64,000 bases of DNA from assembly GCF_009914755.1 (NCBI RefSeq), contig NC_060925.1; one strand, given 5' to 3'. The position numbers and the translations under genes were made by a program. Shown in pieces: positions 1 through 16,463 of this stretch; positions within the stretch are counted from its first letter, which is position 1, and each line of letters opens with the position of its first letter. The notes under the pieces are model-generated. The model was given only the letters and a program-made list of their open reading frames with translations. It did no database searches and was not told the origin of the DNA. This stretch comes from the human T2T-CHM13v2.0 reference genome, Homo sapiens.

Positions 1-570
1 ATTTACAAACATGTTTGTGTCACTAAGACTGTTTTTAAGTTTTAAAATTTTCTAATCTTTCAAAATGCATTTGTAATTGGGGTGCAATTAGATTATGTAG
101 CTTAAAATATTTTATTTTTTGATATCACAACATATGATAGTGATCCTTTATTACTTCATATTTCTCAGTACACAGGTCAGAATGTTTGTTTAGAAGTAAA
201 ATGTGAAGAACAAAAAGTATAATATCACTAATTAGATTAATTTTGATTATATACATGATGTTAAGGGGTATAAATGTATTTATTCCAACCTATGAGATAA
301 TGGTACCTTTGAAATATTTAAATAATGTTAGAAAAAAACAGACATAATCATCTTTTGTATTGAACAATAAACAAGTCTATTCTAAAATAATAGTCAATAA
401 TATTTGTTTAACACATTTAGATCTTATCATATTTTTGTTACCTTAAATGTTATATCAATTGTTTATAATTTCATATTTTAATCATATTTCTTCAATATGT
501 CAGCCATCCTTGATAACAAGGATTTTGGTGTCTGGCAGTCATGTATTCAAAAATCCACATCTGCTACTTA

Positions 571-956
<386 letters not shown>

Positions 957-984
957 TTAAGTTTCTATTTCCTCATCTTGTTTA

Positions 985-1120
985 TCTCAGTGTATTTCAA
1001 TTATTTATTGACTTGTCTTCCCTAGATTGCAAGCTTCACAGGGGTTGAGAAAAATGCTTGGTTACTTTTTTGCCCAGTCGTGGATTAGCTCCACATATGC
1101 CACAAGTTAAATAATATGCT
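985..1120 (+). mobile_element. L2 3' end relic
   Basis: TGTCTTCCCTAGATTGCAAGCTTCACAGGGG resembles the L2 3' terminal motif. Confidence 0.5.
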
Positions 1121-3061
1121 TATTAGATGGAAATAAAATATAGTGAAGAGGTACTGGAACGTGAGAACAAAAATCAGCTAAGATATTATATTTTGTATGA
1201 GAAATATGATACAATTTGTTATCTCAATAGAATTCTTTTTAAAACATTTTTTAAAAAAGGCTTTGATTTGTATATCTTTCTTACAAGTAACTTTTATCTT
1301 TTTAAGTTTCAGTATGTTATTTAAGAAACTATAGGCATTTAGTATTTTTTATCAAGTTATTAAATAGTAATAGAAATTATTAATCAAACAATTCAGCTTT
1401 CACTTTTAAACTTTACATTTATTGAAAAATTATCAAAAGTAATTTCTTAAGGGAAGCATGTTATTCATTTCACTATTTCTTCTACTGATAATTAAAACCT
1501 ATAAATGCAATTCTTTTAATACTTTTATTTAGTGCAGGAAGTAACACGTAGTTTCATGTAGTGTAAGATGTACACCTTGGGTTTATTTTTATTGCAATGT
1601 GTTAATATATTTTGATGTGTAGGCTATTTATTTGATTATCTTACTAGATTTTCTGTGTTGGCATTGTGATTTACGTTTGCTAGAGAAAATTATAATTTAA
1701 TTTGTCATATATGTTTTTATTTAATGTATATTCTGTGACAGCAAGTGGTAAATTGAACTATTGTCTAAAGCTATACATCAGAAGTCATTATCTTTTGGGT
1801 TTTTGTAGTATTTTTAACAGGACATTTTGGATATGTCATGCTAGTCTGAGTGTCTGACTTTTTATTTCTCTTAACTCTTGTTCATCATAAATTTTAGCGG
1901 ATACAAAGAGAATTCTTGACCTGTTTCTGCTGCACATTTAAGTAACGTGCTTATCACTGAAATTGTCTAAAAAGATTTCACACTTTCCGTCAGAACAGCA
2001 GATTTATCCACTGTTGAAGACTTCTCCAGAAAATGTCTTGTACAGAGAAATAATTCAGATAATCCCTCCTATTTATTTTATAATTAAAATAATTAAAGAT
2101 CATATCATTGGAGAAGGAGAAGTGATGGATCAAAGTAGCAGACAAAGCTTCTGCAACCTATTTCCTTCCTCACATTCTTAAAAATGGTAGGGAAGTTCAC
2201 ATGTATGTGATGCATACACACGGAGATCTTTTCCTGTTGCCTTAGAATCTGATTTGAAATATCAAAGCCAAGAAGAGTGGATGATGAGTGCCGCAACATG
2301 TTATAGCAAGGTGACTGCCTGGGTGCTTTAACAATCCTTCTGATATTCCACCTGCAGCCCCTACACACTAGGAAACCTGTGCTATGGTACCCACATGAGT
2401 GTGGTGACAGTATTTTTGGCAGAGTTTGCAAATGTTTTCAGGAGTTTGGAGAAACATGAAGTCTAGAAGTTGGGAGGAGAAACTCATAAAAGTTTACAGT
2501 GAGAATATCCTCTATATACAGAGTTTGGTAGAGTAGAAGTGAGTACATTTCCCTGTGGACCATATTAACACCACAAAGAAAAAACACATGGTAAAAGCTG
2601 TCTTCACATATTTGCTACCCAAGAAAATTACTAGATGGAGCAGAAGACTTCTCCAAAACAGAAATTATAAACATGTCACAAGAAAGCCCCAGGCCTTGTT
2701 AAAGAATATGAAAATGCTGTGGTCTACGGAACGCAGTCTCTCAAGAACTCCCAGAAGTATTTCACAGGAGAAAACAAACATTCGGATGACTTCCATTACA
2801 GAGGGCATTCAGTGAAAAAATAAGTGCAACAAACACTAGCTATGGAAAGAAATCTTTGCTCTATTGCCCCTTTCCTGTTATCTTTCATGTTCATGTAACC
2901 ATTATCCTCACATAGAGTGAGAAATATACGGTAATAAAAAAAGTGAAAGAACACAGTACATTCCCATTATCTCTAATTCTGGAATCTGACCAAATTTAGA
3001 CTGAGGATTGAGACATGGGAAAGCAAAGGGAGATGTCATGAATGGAATGAGAAATTGTAGG

Positions 3062-4195
<1,134 letters not shown>

Positions 4196-4309
4196 ATTCA
4201 TTACTAAGAAGTGGGAAACAAGAAGGAAATCCAAGGATATATACCCAGCATTTCTGGTTTAGTTAAGATTCAGGTCAGTTGCTATTTAGCTAAACTCTGG
4301 TGCCTTTTG

Positions 4310-4418
4310 TGTATATATATGTGCGTATGTGTGTGCACACACATGTGCACATGCAGGCGCTTGCATGCTTGTATGCGTTTGTGTATGTGTGTGTAGAGAC
4401 AGACATCGAGAGAGAGAG
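4310..4418. repeat. Degenerate (TG)n/(GA)n microsatellite
   Basis: Imperfect TG/CA and GA dinucleotide runs. Confidence 0.8.
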
Positions 4419-4521
4419 ATTTTTATTTTGTTTGTTTTTTGCTAGGAGTCATATTCTTAAAGATTTATCTGTTGAAATTGTTCAACCTTTCATTCAGAGA
4501 TGTTTTAAATATACTTTGCAC

Positions 4522-5056
4522 TTTTATTTTAGATTCAGGGGTTTGTGTGTAGGCTTTTTACATGGGTATACTGTATGATGCTGAGGGTTGAGGTATGAAT
4601 GATCCCATCACCCAGGTAGCAAGCATTGTACCCAATAGGTAGTTTCAGCCCTTGCCCCTGTCCTTCTCTGCTGTCTCTAGTAGTTCCCAGTGTCTATTGT
4701 TCCCATATTTATGTCCATGTGTACTCAGTGTTTAGCTCCCACTTATAAGTGAGAAAATGTGGTATTTGGTTTTCTGTTCCTACATTAATTCACTTGGGAG
4801 AAAGATATCCTAAGTGTTGCTGCAAGAACATGATTTCATTTATTTTCATGGCTACGAAGTATTCTGTGGAGTATATATACTACATTTGCTTATCCAGTCT
4901 CACATTGATGAGCACCTAGGTTGATCCCAAGTCTTTGCTATTGTGAATAATGCTGCAATGAACAGATAAGTGCATGTGTATTTTGGTAGAACAATTTCTT
5001 TTCCTTTGGGTATATATCCAGTAATGGGTTGCTGAATCAAATGGTAGTTCTGTTTT
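4522..5056 (-). mobile_element. L1PA15/16-like 3' end, 5'-truncated
   Basis: TTTAGATTCAGGGG...GATCCCATCACCCAGGTAG...GCTCCCACTTATAAGTGAGAA; antisense L1 3'UTR and ORF2 end. Confidence 0.85.
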
Positions 5057-5974
5057 AACAGAACTACATCTCAAATTTCTTAGAGAAATTCAACGGTAAT
5101 TCACGCTTCTGCTGGGTTCTTGGAAGTACTTTAACTGTGGAATTATTTTTAAACTGAATTCTCAGTCTACAGTTTTTTAAACAATCCAGTTGGAGTAAAT
5201 TTAGTCTGCAAACACATTTAAGAGCCCTACTATACTCATAAATAAACTACGTCCTTCATACTTGAAATAAAATGAAAGCATTCTCCTTCCTAGAATTTTT
5301 AACCCCAATTTTTTTAATGAATCAGCATTGCTATTATCTATTTCTAGGTTCACAAAAGTGTTTAAAAAAGTTAATATATGTGTTTTTCATAGTTCGTACA
5401 CTCAATAGTTAGAATGCTTACTCTTCAGAAATTTAAAGTACAGCTAATATAAATAATGAGAAGCCATTTGTTTGCATTTATGGCCCTTTAAACAGACAAA
5501 CATTAAAATACACCTATATACTCTCCCATATATATTTTATTTACACACATAAACACATATGCACAAACTTGCATCTATGTTAGAAAGGTTCAAGTTACTC
5601 CTCCTACAATGTTAATGCATATATATATATATATTATATATAATATATTGATATTCTCTACAATGTATTAGTATAGGGCTTCTAAAACGTCATTTGGCTT
5701 ATATATCAAAAGTCTTTAAAAGGTACACATACTTTCATCATAATTTCATACATGAAAATTTTTTCTAAGGAAATAATTATAATTTTGATGAATAGCTAGA
5801 AGAATGTTTATTGCAGAATTACGTATTACATGGAAGAAAAATTAAGAAATAAAAGAAAATTAAAATCAACTGAAATATCAAACTAAAGGGGTTATATGCA
5901 TGAATTATTATTTATTAATATAGTATATTATATTTAAAATAATACTTACAAAATGACTTTTTTTCTAGCATATT

Positions 5975-6160
5975 AGAAGTATTAACTTATGTAATCTTCA
6001 TAACAACACTGTTAGTTGCTGTATTGTCTCCATCTTCAGTTTACAGATGAGAGAATTGAAGCATGGGATGATTAAGACATTTTCCCACTACTGCAGAGCT
6101 ATTAAATAGTGAAACCAGATTGAAACTCAGGAAACCTGTGTCCAGAGTCCATGCATCTGA
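5975..6160 (-). mobile_element. MIR
   Basis: TAATCTTCATAACAAC...TTACAGATGAGAGAATTGAAGCA...TCCAGAGTCCATGC; MIR core. Confidence 0.75.
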
Positions 6161-6514
6161 GTTTATGACTCTATGCTTTCCTATTATATTATTATACTTT
6201 TACTATTATAAATTTAAGATGTATGCCACTTGAGAATAATTAACATTACAAAATTTTAAATAAAATATAATAGTATGTACTGTATGATTGTAATATAAAT
6301 GTATGTGTTTGTGTAAGTAAGAAAAAATCTGAAAGAGAACAATTTTTAATCTATGAAGGATGAAATTATGAAGGATAATTGGTGTTACTTTTTATTTTGC
6401 TCTCTTAAATTTTCTACAATGAGAATATACAGTAGTAGTACTTTGTAATAAACTATTTAAATAAAATCAGGCAGTGAATTATAGCCTGTGTTTGAATTAA
6501 AAATACAATAAAGA

Positions 6515-7221
<707 letters not shown>

Positions 7222-7329
7222 TTATTGCCATGGTCTGAAACCAAACCCACAATATCTCTAAGGTATGTCTGTATAAGTTCCTAAGCATAGTATGGAGGCA
7301 TATCTAACTAATGTGTACCATTTTAAGTA

Positions 7330-7925
7330 GTGGCTACTTTTGAATTTACACTTTCACATGAATTTTAGAATCAGTTTGACTAGTTCTAAGGTAAGTCCTC
7401 TTGAGAGTTTTAAAACAGGATTGAAATGAATTCTTTACAACTTAACCTTCGCATTCATGGCCATGATATTCTTCTCCATTATTCAAGTTTTCTTAACTAT
7501 CTTTCAAAAAAAGGACATAAGACCCTAGCATATTTCTTGTTAGGTTTTTCCTAGGTAACTTTTAATTGCTATTATAAACAATATCCATTTTTTCCCATAA
7601 AATATTGCTATACGTTTGTATATTAATCTTGTACTGTTTCCTTTTTCAACACTGGTTCTGATAGCTTTTCAGTTGTCTGTCTTTCATATTCTAAGTAATA
7701 TTTCTTACAAATAATGAGATTTGCTTTCACTTTCCAGTTTATCTCATTACTTTTACTTGTCTTATTGCCCTGGCTGGGACACCCAACAATACTGATGAAT
7801 AGAAGTTGTAGAGGGTATCCTTGTTTGATCCCTGAAAAGAATTCTTCTAGCATTTCACCCTTGTATATAATGATTGCTAGATATAACTTATAACAGGTTA
7901 AAAAATTTCTAGTTTGATAGGTCTT
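7330..7925 (-). mobile_element. L1M (L1ME-like) ORF2 fragment
   Basis: CACATGAATTTTAGAATCAGTTTG, CCAACAATACTGATGAATAGAAGT...TATCCTTGTTTG; ORF 7623-7853 resembles L1 RT SGxxQGxPL. Confidence 0.75.
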
Positions 7926-10900
7926 TTTTAGGGAACATGGTATGGTGGTTTTAAATGGGATCCACTCCAGTTAAAGACTATGACAATCTATTATTATCAC
8001 TATTCAAACTCATGAATAATGAACAGTATGTAACAAATCAATGATATATGTTTTACTTTAGCACCCAGGAAGCTCAAAAACAAACTATCTGAATATAAAA
8101 ACTCTGAACAGCATAACCTGATCATCTATATGACTTTGACACCATTCCCTCCCCCAACATACCGCCTATTCTAATTTATATTATCCTAAATGTTTTTCTC
8201 TTATTTTTCTATTTTATTGAGTGGATTTCCTATCAATTGCCATAAATTTTTAATGGAATAAGATAAAGTATAAATAAAAACTTTTAAAAATGTGGCTACA
8301 TTTGGATTTAAAGTGAAACATTAATTAACTGAAATTTAAAACCTGTAAGCTTTTGTGTTTTGTTTGCTTGTTTGACTTGGTACTTTTGCAAGAAAAGCTT
8401 GTCAAAAGATAACAGTGTTCAGAAAATTCCCTGAACATTGAGAATTTTGGTAGAATTGTATTCATTCAGCCCAGTCTGTAATACCATGTCCACATGTACA
8501 TGTAGTACACACATCTATATTTTATACTATTTTCAGATGATTTGTATGTTTCAAGTCTTGACAATGACCGCTAAGGGTATCTGAGGATAGAACAAGTGCA
8601 TTAAAGGATAGGCTCTCATTGAAACTTCAAAGAGAGAAATTAAAACAACTGAATTTCCCTCCTCATTGACAGGTGGCTAATAACTGATCCAGCTCATGTA
8701 CTCTGGCAGCATTGCATAGGTTCAGGTTGAGTTATTTTCCTCTTCTGGAAGCTGTTAATGTGTTGCTTTGCTTGCTGCTAGAACAGATTTCACTCCCTTG
8801 GTGGCATTGCTGTAGCTATCAAAATAGTTGTCACACTGAGTATTTGTGTACTTTGAGCCTTAGGAAGGGTCTCTTCACATGAATACCATCTTGCTTAACT
8901 TACTATCATTATGGTTCCATGACTACATGGGTTCCTAGGTACCTGGCATAATGTAGCAGATTATGTTATATTTCTATCTTGAAGCTGACCCTCACAATGG
9001 AGTTTGTAGCTCCTGAACTCCTTGCTCCTTCATTAGATATAGTTACAATTTGCCTTCAGCAAATGCAGAGTTCATTCCTATCAAAGAGATATTTGACTCT
9101 GATCATTGTTTGATGCTTAATAAAATATAAAAGTAAATTGATATTAAAAGCAATGTAGTATAGTGAATATTCATTATCACTTTCACCACTAATTAAAATT
9201 TTGACCGTAGGTCTATAATTCAGTATCAGTGAATCTCAAATTTGTTACCCATAAAACAATGGTAAAGCATTCTTGGTCAGATAAAACAGGTAACTAAACC
9301 ACTTTATTTCTTTAAATTCCCCTCACAGTATAATGGCCATTTAGAATATGTTTATGCCTTGGCATGAGGTGCAGTGTGCTGCAGGGAAGACATGGAAATT
9401 CAGCGCCTCTGCTGAAGTCCTAAAGCAGTGATATTCAAGTGCATGTTGAGGAAAAGACTTGAAGTAAAGGAGAATAAGAAATTCATCCTTTCTATGCTCT
9501 TCATCTTCACTCTACTGACAGGGATTGCATGATGTAAAGTATAAGAAACTGTAGAATTTCCTTACTAATATAAAAATTGTCAATGCAAAGTAATTAGGAT
9601 GTATACGTGCACAAGGTCACTTCTGCTTGCTATTGGCATAAGGGTAACATTGATATGGAAAATTATGATATTAAGAGGGTTTGAATCTGAACTACCCTTG
9701 TTTCCTAAGTTTCTGGCTCTTGCTATCAAAGTATAGAAGATCCTAAGAATACAATTGCCCTAGAGGCTTATGAAGCTACATTACTTCACAGGACTGAAAG
9801 TTAATGGGCCGTGGTTAGTACTGGGTGGGGTTAGAAGCAGAGTACAACTCCTAGGTAACGCGTCATGATACATGATCATGTCACCTCAGGAAGGTATGAA
9901 ATTTCCAGTAATTTCATCTCTGAAATAAATATTCATGGTTTAAAACTTAGTCATTTGCTATATATGAAATGTATCATATATAAGAGCAGAAATCAGCCAT
10001 GTGAAGATGACTTTCATTCCCTCCAAATCTCTGGATCAATTTTATTATCTGTGATGGCCTTATAGTAAATAAATATAAACCATATACGATAATTTTTAAG
10101 GCTCAGACAGAATTCCAGCCCAGATAGTACTTGGGAAAGAAGTGTCCCTATGACACTACAGATATAATGCCCTACCCTAGACCCCAGAGTGATAAAGATC
10201 TTCTTCATATCACAAAGCAGTGATGTTCTGAAAAAAGTACTCCACAGAGAAGAATGTTAATCCCCATGTCTATAACTATAAACCCTGCTAAAGATAGGCC
10301 TTACCTGGAATCCAATTTATCAAAGCAAAATAAGAAAATCTACAAAAGTGTAATCAAAAAATGAAGTTTTTTTGAGGGGAAAAGGAATAATGAAAATGAA
10401 AACTATAGAATTTAGATCAGATGAATCAAGGACAAAGTTGTCTGCCCTCTTCCCAATTATTTCCTAGCTTATTGCTTTAGAGCATCACAACCACAGCAGA
10501 AACTTTCCTCAGGGATCTGATGATTAACCCCAGAAAGTTGTCCGGACAATTTTCTTAATTTCACGAATCTCAAAAAGATTAGGAATGACACGAGAAGGCC
10601 TTTCTTTCCCTGACTCCAGTTTATGGAAGACTGTACATTAAGATGCTATCATGATTTTGCCACCATTCTAAATCCAGGTGCTGAGATGTGCAGACATTAC
10701 CCAAAGTACATGAAACCAGAATCATGGTATTTTATAGTAGAATAATGGATCAATTCTCTTAGCTTCTAAAGTGCAATTTGATTTTTTAAAAATGTTTTGG
10801 AATTTCAGTGAAGTAAAATATTCTTGGATATCATGATAACATTTGCTTATTACCCACTGATTATGTTTACTAATTGGGCTGTTATTTTATACATATATAA

Positions 10901-11064
10901 CATTTAAAAATATTTTATCTGAAAGCATATGAAGACAAATCATATTTGTATCATACATAGGTTTTATAATGTTACCATTGAGCAAGGGAAAAATATATTC
11001 TTGCCTCTCATCAGTTTTAAGATGATAAATCAGAACCATGAAAGCTATCAAAATCTAAGCTGCT

Positions 11065-12615
11065 CTTTTCCAAAAAAATTAACAAGTTTGTTTGAAAATT
11101 CATATTGATAACTAAAGGATCCAGAAAACTCAAAGGAATCTTGAAAATGAAGAACAAACAGATCAGAGGTGGAAGACTCACACCAGGCCGTTACAAAACT
11201 GACTATAAAGCTATAGTGATGAAGGCAGAGGTATTGACATTAAGACAGATGAATAAATAGATCAATGGAAGAGGAATGAAAGTACAAAAATAAATCCAGG
11301 TATTTATGGGCAATTGATTTTTGACAAGTGTGCCAAGATAATTAAATGGGAAATAGTATTTCAATATATGATACTGGGAAAAGTGTGTATCCACATACAA
11401 AAAAATAAAATCGGATCTCTAACTCAAACCATGTACAAAAATTCACTCAAAATGAACTAATCAGCTAAATTGAAAAGCTAAAACTAAAAATCTCAGAGGA
11501 AAACACAACAGTAAATTTTTCTTACCTTTGATTAGGTAATGATTTATTAGATATGACACCAAAAGCATAAATGACAAAAAATGGATAGGTTAGATTTCTT
11601 AATTAAAATATTTTGTGTTTCAAATAATACCATTAAAAAGTGAAAAGATAATCCATATAATGGCAAAAAATATTTATAAATAATATATCTGATAGTGCCT
11701 AGCATGCAAATTATGTATTTTTATAACTAAACAACACAAAGATTTTAAAATATGCAAATGATTTGAATACAGATTTTTCTAAAGAAGGTGCACAAATAAC
11801 AAATAGTACATGAGAAGATATTTAACATCATTATTCTTTGGGAAAATGCAAATCAAACTAACAATGTAATATAAATGTACATCTATCAGGATGGTCCTAA
11901 CAAAAAGAGCATAACTGCAAGTGTATGAAAAAATTGGAACTTGAATACATTGCTGGTGGAAATATAAAGTGGTGAAGCAGTCTTGAATACAACTTAGCAC
12001 TTCTTCAAAATGTCAACGTTCTTTGAAATGTTTCAAAGAATATTGAAACATTTCCACACAAACATGTATATTTGTGTGGAAATCATTTCCACACAAAATG
12101 TGTATATGAATGTTTGTAGCAGCATTCCTCCTCATTATACAACAGTAACAACAGAAATGTCCTTCAAATGGTGAAGAGAGACACAAAAGCTGGTATATCT
12201 ATTCAATGGAATATAATTCAGTAATATAAAGGAATGAAATACTGATACATACTATAATTTGGATGAACCTTGAAAACATTAATGCTAAGTGAATGAAGCC
12301 ATTTATTTTTGATTCACATATTTATGATTTAATTTATATAAAATATCCAGAATAGTATATACATATTTATGATTTAATTTATATAAAATGTCCAGAATAG
12401 TATGTCTGTTATTGCCATGGCTGGGTAAACGGGTAATGGGAAATAACTGCAATTGGTATGGGGCTTTTTGAGCGTGGTGAAATATTCTGAAATTAGTCAT
12501 TATGGCTTTATAGCTCTGTGACTCTACTAAGGGCCACTGAATTTTACACTTTAAAAATCATATTTTATGTTACATACATTATATATCAACAAAGCCATTA
12601 TTTAAAGAATAAAAA
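11065..12615 (+). mobile_element. L1MB-like ORF2 C-terminal region plus 3'UTR
   Basis: ATAGATCAATGGAA, TTGATTTTTGACAAG, TTGGATGAACCTTGAAAACATT, terminal CACTGAATTTTACACTTTAAAA. Confidence 0.85.
12316..12403. repeat. 45-bp tandem duplication inside L1MB
   Basis: ACATATTTATGATTTAATTTATATAAAATRTCCAGAATAGTAT twice, 1 mismatch. Confidence 0.95.
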
Positions 12616-13099
12616 CAGAACATTGAGCAAAGTGATTGCTGAAAAATGCTCATATAAATTTATGGCAAATCTGAATTCATATCAATTTTAAGATTTAGAA
12701 TCTACAATCTAGAATTGTGTATTGCTTTAAACCAGTCAGATCTGATTATTATTATGATGCTAAGAAAGAGGCCAGATCAGTTACATTATACAGTGAGAAG
12801 TACAGTAGCTCAAAGAGAGATCTGTAGTTACAGCACGACACAAGTTTAAGCAAAGTTTATTATCAGGTAGTAAACAGGTATCGGCTCCTAGTCTCTCTGA
12901 TTAATTGCAGCTCTCTACCTAAAATACTGTTGCTAGATTCTGAGGCAACACTTGGGAGTGTCAGAAAGGCTTTTAGGTAAATTAGAGATCTTTACCATCA
13001 TCAAGAAAATGAGAATTTGTCAAGAGAACTACCTGTATTTCCTTTTCTCATCTAGGAATGCAGCTCAAAATGAAATTGGTAGCTGAGATAAGAATGGAT

Positions 13100-13300
13100 G
13101 TACTTACTGAATTCTGTGTCATATTTCACTCAACCCTTATGGCAAATCTATGAGGTAGACACTTTTGGTTTCCAATTTTATAGATAAAGAAACTGATATT
13201 TTGAGATTGTATCACTTGCCTAAAATTACTTTACTACAAGAATTTAGCATTTCAAAGTTCCAAGTGATTTTGCTATTAATTCTTTACTCCTATTGCCCAA
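13100..13300 (-). mobile_element. MIR
   Basis: CTATGAGGTAG...CCAATTTTATAGATAAAGAAACTGA...CACTTGCCTAAAATTAC. Confidence 0.75.
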
Positions 13301-13529
13301 CATTGCCTCTAGCTGTCCAATGACTCAGAAACATCAGAACGGTGGAGGCAAAACATTATTTTGCTTCACATTAGGCTAGTGGGATCTGTATAGACAGAGT
13401 GATGCAGGTGAACAACACAGATTTGGCTGTGGATATCAGTCACAAAAGCTTACATATTCAAATTACGATTCTAGGGACAGAGAAGTAAAAACTAAAGCAT
13501 TATGAACTTTAGGAGACTACAGAAACAGT

Positions 13530-14712
13530 AAGTTTGAGGCATAATCCCATATCACAATTCCAATCATTGTAATTTTAAGTGTTGAAATCTTGAAAGATCA
13601 AATTTCTGAAAATATAATTCTGGAAAAAATGATTTTCAAAAATTGTTTAGAAGATGTTTCTGTACATATTTAAAACGGATTTATTTAAGACTCAAAACAG
13701 GACAGGACACTTCATAGGCCACTCTACACAATAAAATAGGTGCCATAACATATATATTTTTGCAAGCTTAAACATTCAGGTTTAGTAAAGACATTTCTAG
13801 AGGTATAGTAGCTATGAGCTGATGAAACTTAAAAGCAAAATATATAAATGCATAATCACGAAGGTTGGTAATTATGTGCACCCAGCTTTATAACTGCAGT
13901 CATCTGAAATACTATGACAGATAACCTACATCTTTTAACAAGATGCATAGAAAACTCCAGTGGGTCACGACCACATGTGCAATTGCCCATAGAACCAAAA
14001 TCTCAAGAAATTTTATCTTTCACAAATGCAAATAGACAAAAAAGACACCTTTTCATTTATTGAGAAACTTTCAAGATATTTAGGTATACACACAGTGCTT
14101 CCACTTCAGGTCAACCTTGTGATACTGTACTTTGGTGGAGTCAAAATTCGGATGTCCAAGGCAGCAGGAGAAAATTCTGTCCCAACTCTCAGAGAGAGAA
14201 CAATTTGCACCCCACATTTCTTCTTTCTGGGCCTGCAGAAAATTAAATGGTGTCCACCAACATTGGAATAAATCTCTATCTAGTCCACTAGGACCCAAAC
14301 ACTAGTCTCTTCTGGAAACACCCTCATCGACCACCCAAAATAATACTTCCCTTGGTTTATAAGTATTCCTTCCCTAATCCACTCAAGCTGACACTTACAT
14401 TAAGGTCACAAGTTTACCTCTTGTTAATTTGGCACTTATATGCATCTCCTTAAACCATACCTAATTTCCAAATAAAGACAATAACCAGGTAATAATTCCT
14501 CCTAACATGAAGCAACTATCCTGCGTACAATGGAAAACATACTAATCCCTTCCTCAAAATTTGGCATTCAGGATTTAAATCTTTTCAGATTATGATTTTG
14601 GGGATTTGAGAAGTTTGGGATATTAGACTTTAGGGATTTTCATCTTTCAAAATTTCAACATCTAGGATTATGGCATTTAGGACTATATCTTTTGGGATCG
14701 TGATCAGCACCA
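13530..14712 (+). mobile_element. Ricksha (MULE/MuDR) non-autonomous DNA transposon carrying an ERVL/MLT2B fragment
   Basis: Termini AAGTTTGAGGCATAATCCC and GGGATCGTGATCAGCACCA with subterminal GGGATT repeats; exact 9-bp TSD AGAAACAGT (13521-13529, 14713-14721). Confidence 0.85.
14150..14560 (-). mobile_element. MLT2B LTR part (14150-14410) plus ERVL internal 3' end (14411-14560) inside Ricksha
   Basis: CTGGAAACACCCTCA...CAAGCTGACAC...TAAGGTCACA LTR edge, then a PPT-like AGTTTACCTCTTGTTAATTTGG and ERVL-type TAAACCATACCTAATTTCCAAATAAAG. Confidence 0.75.
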
Positions 14713-16463
14713 AGAAACAGTGAACATGGGAAAAAGAAAACAGTGTAATTATGAGGAGACTAGTTCATAATATTTCAGGAATCTGTGGAAAAATTGTCCC
14801 TAATACTGAATCAACACTTGCCCCAGGCAAAAGTTAATTTTTGTTGTTCTTGTTGTTCACTGTTTATGGCCAGAAGAATATTTTGTCCTGTCTAAAATTA
14901 CCGGACAAGTACCACATGTGTGAGGCAGGTAGAAGATGGTGATGATTGAAACTATATGAAAGGCAAATTTAAAAGGAGAAGGTATCACAAAGCAGCAGCT
15001 GGCAACTCTGGAATAATGATATACTCTTTCATACAGTTTCACTCTAAGCACAGAAGTCCTATATCTCTTTTTTGGCACCAAAATGTATAGCCACCAGCTT
15101 TGCGTACCAAATACCTATTTAAGATCCAATTGTCCACCACTGCAGTAATGAGTGGTTCATATGCCATAGAAATCATCATGATGTGGTCTGCATTATAATT
15201 ATAGTATTCTTCAGTTCTAATTCCCCAGCCCAATTTTTAGATTAGGAATATTATTTCACTAACTTTGTCAAAAGTAATTTCTGAAAAAATATTGAAAATT
15301 TATATAATCTGGAAAAAAAATTCTCTTCCCTACATTCTTTCCCCTTTCTGGTAGTCATAAACTTTATATTGTATAGTTCCGTTTGGTTAGCTCAGTTTTC
15401 TAAAGTGGACTTGGAGTTATGTATTTACCATAGTCATCTATACCTCTGATATTTAAAACACTGTAATGCCGCTAGGACTTCTAATCCTCTACCAATTTTC
15501 TGAGATTAAGTACATGTTCTCATGTGTTTAGCTTTTACTTTGAAAATGTGAGTCAGCCATGGTCTATCTATCTTCTCTTGTCAAGGATCAAAATTCTGGT
15601 GAGATGAGATCCCACCAGTCAGTTTCAAAGGCCTTCTGCCATTTTTCTCATGAGAATAGCATGCTCGATACAGACAAAATTTATGTTGCTTTGCTGCTTA
15701 CCAGAGTTCCTGGGTTGGTGAACATTAGGTCTCACCAATTAAAAAGGTCATGTTTTGTTAATTTTATAAATTTTCTTATAATAACTAAAGGTTTTCAAGC
15801 TTTCTGAAAAATCAACTAAAATTTTATATTCTCCAACATTCAAACCACTGTTTTATTAACCACAGACAGTGATCCACAAATCTAACTCTGGCCCTGTATT
15901 GGTTTATTATATTTTTTCATCTATAATTTTGGTCTCTTTAAATTTTATCTATATTTTTATAGCAATGCTTATGGCAGGGTACCTGCCACCTTTAGGGGAC
16001 AGTGTACGAGAGGTTGGTATAGGCAATTTAATTATTGGTTTTTAAATTTGGAAATGATAAAATTATATCCATGTGCTTTTATAAGGTTAGCAATTTATGT
16101 AAAGTGATCACTACCATGTTGCAGTTAACAACTCTTATCCTTTAAAAAACTATCTCATTTAACATTGTTTAATGAGCCACTAGATATATTCAAGTGTTCA
16201 TTAGAACTATTTAAATGTTCTGAAAAACATAAATGCACAGTATATACGGCTGAAAATGGTTCAACCCAGTTCATAAGGCATAAAATGTGTCCTGAATTGT
16301 TGCCCAACTATATGCTTTACTCACTGGAAAATCCACAACTTGCATTCTTCTTTTCATTGAGCTCTAAAGGGTGTAACACCTCCAAAGCTCCTTAAAGGGA
16401 ACAAATTCTGTCCTTACCCTTTATGCTGTAGGCAGAAGTTAAATCTGCTAGCTGTGGAAAATG

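Noticed and set aside
14580-14700. Short spaced GGGATT-type repeats as a CRISPR-like array
   Set aside because: They are Ricksha subterminal repeats in a primate genome, with no constant repeat-spacer periodicity.
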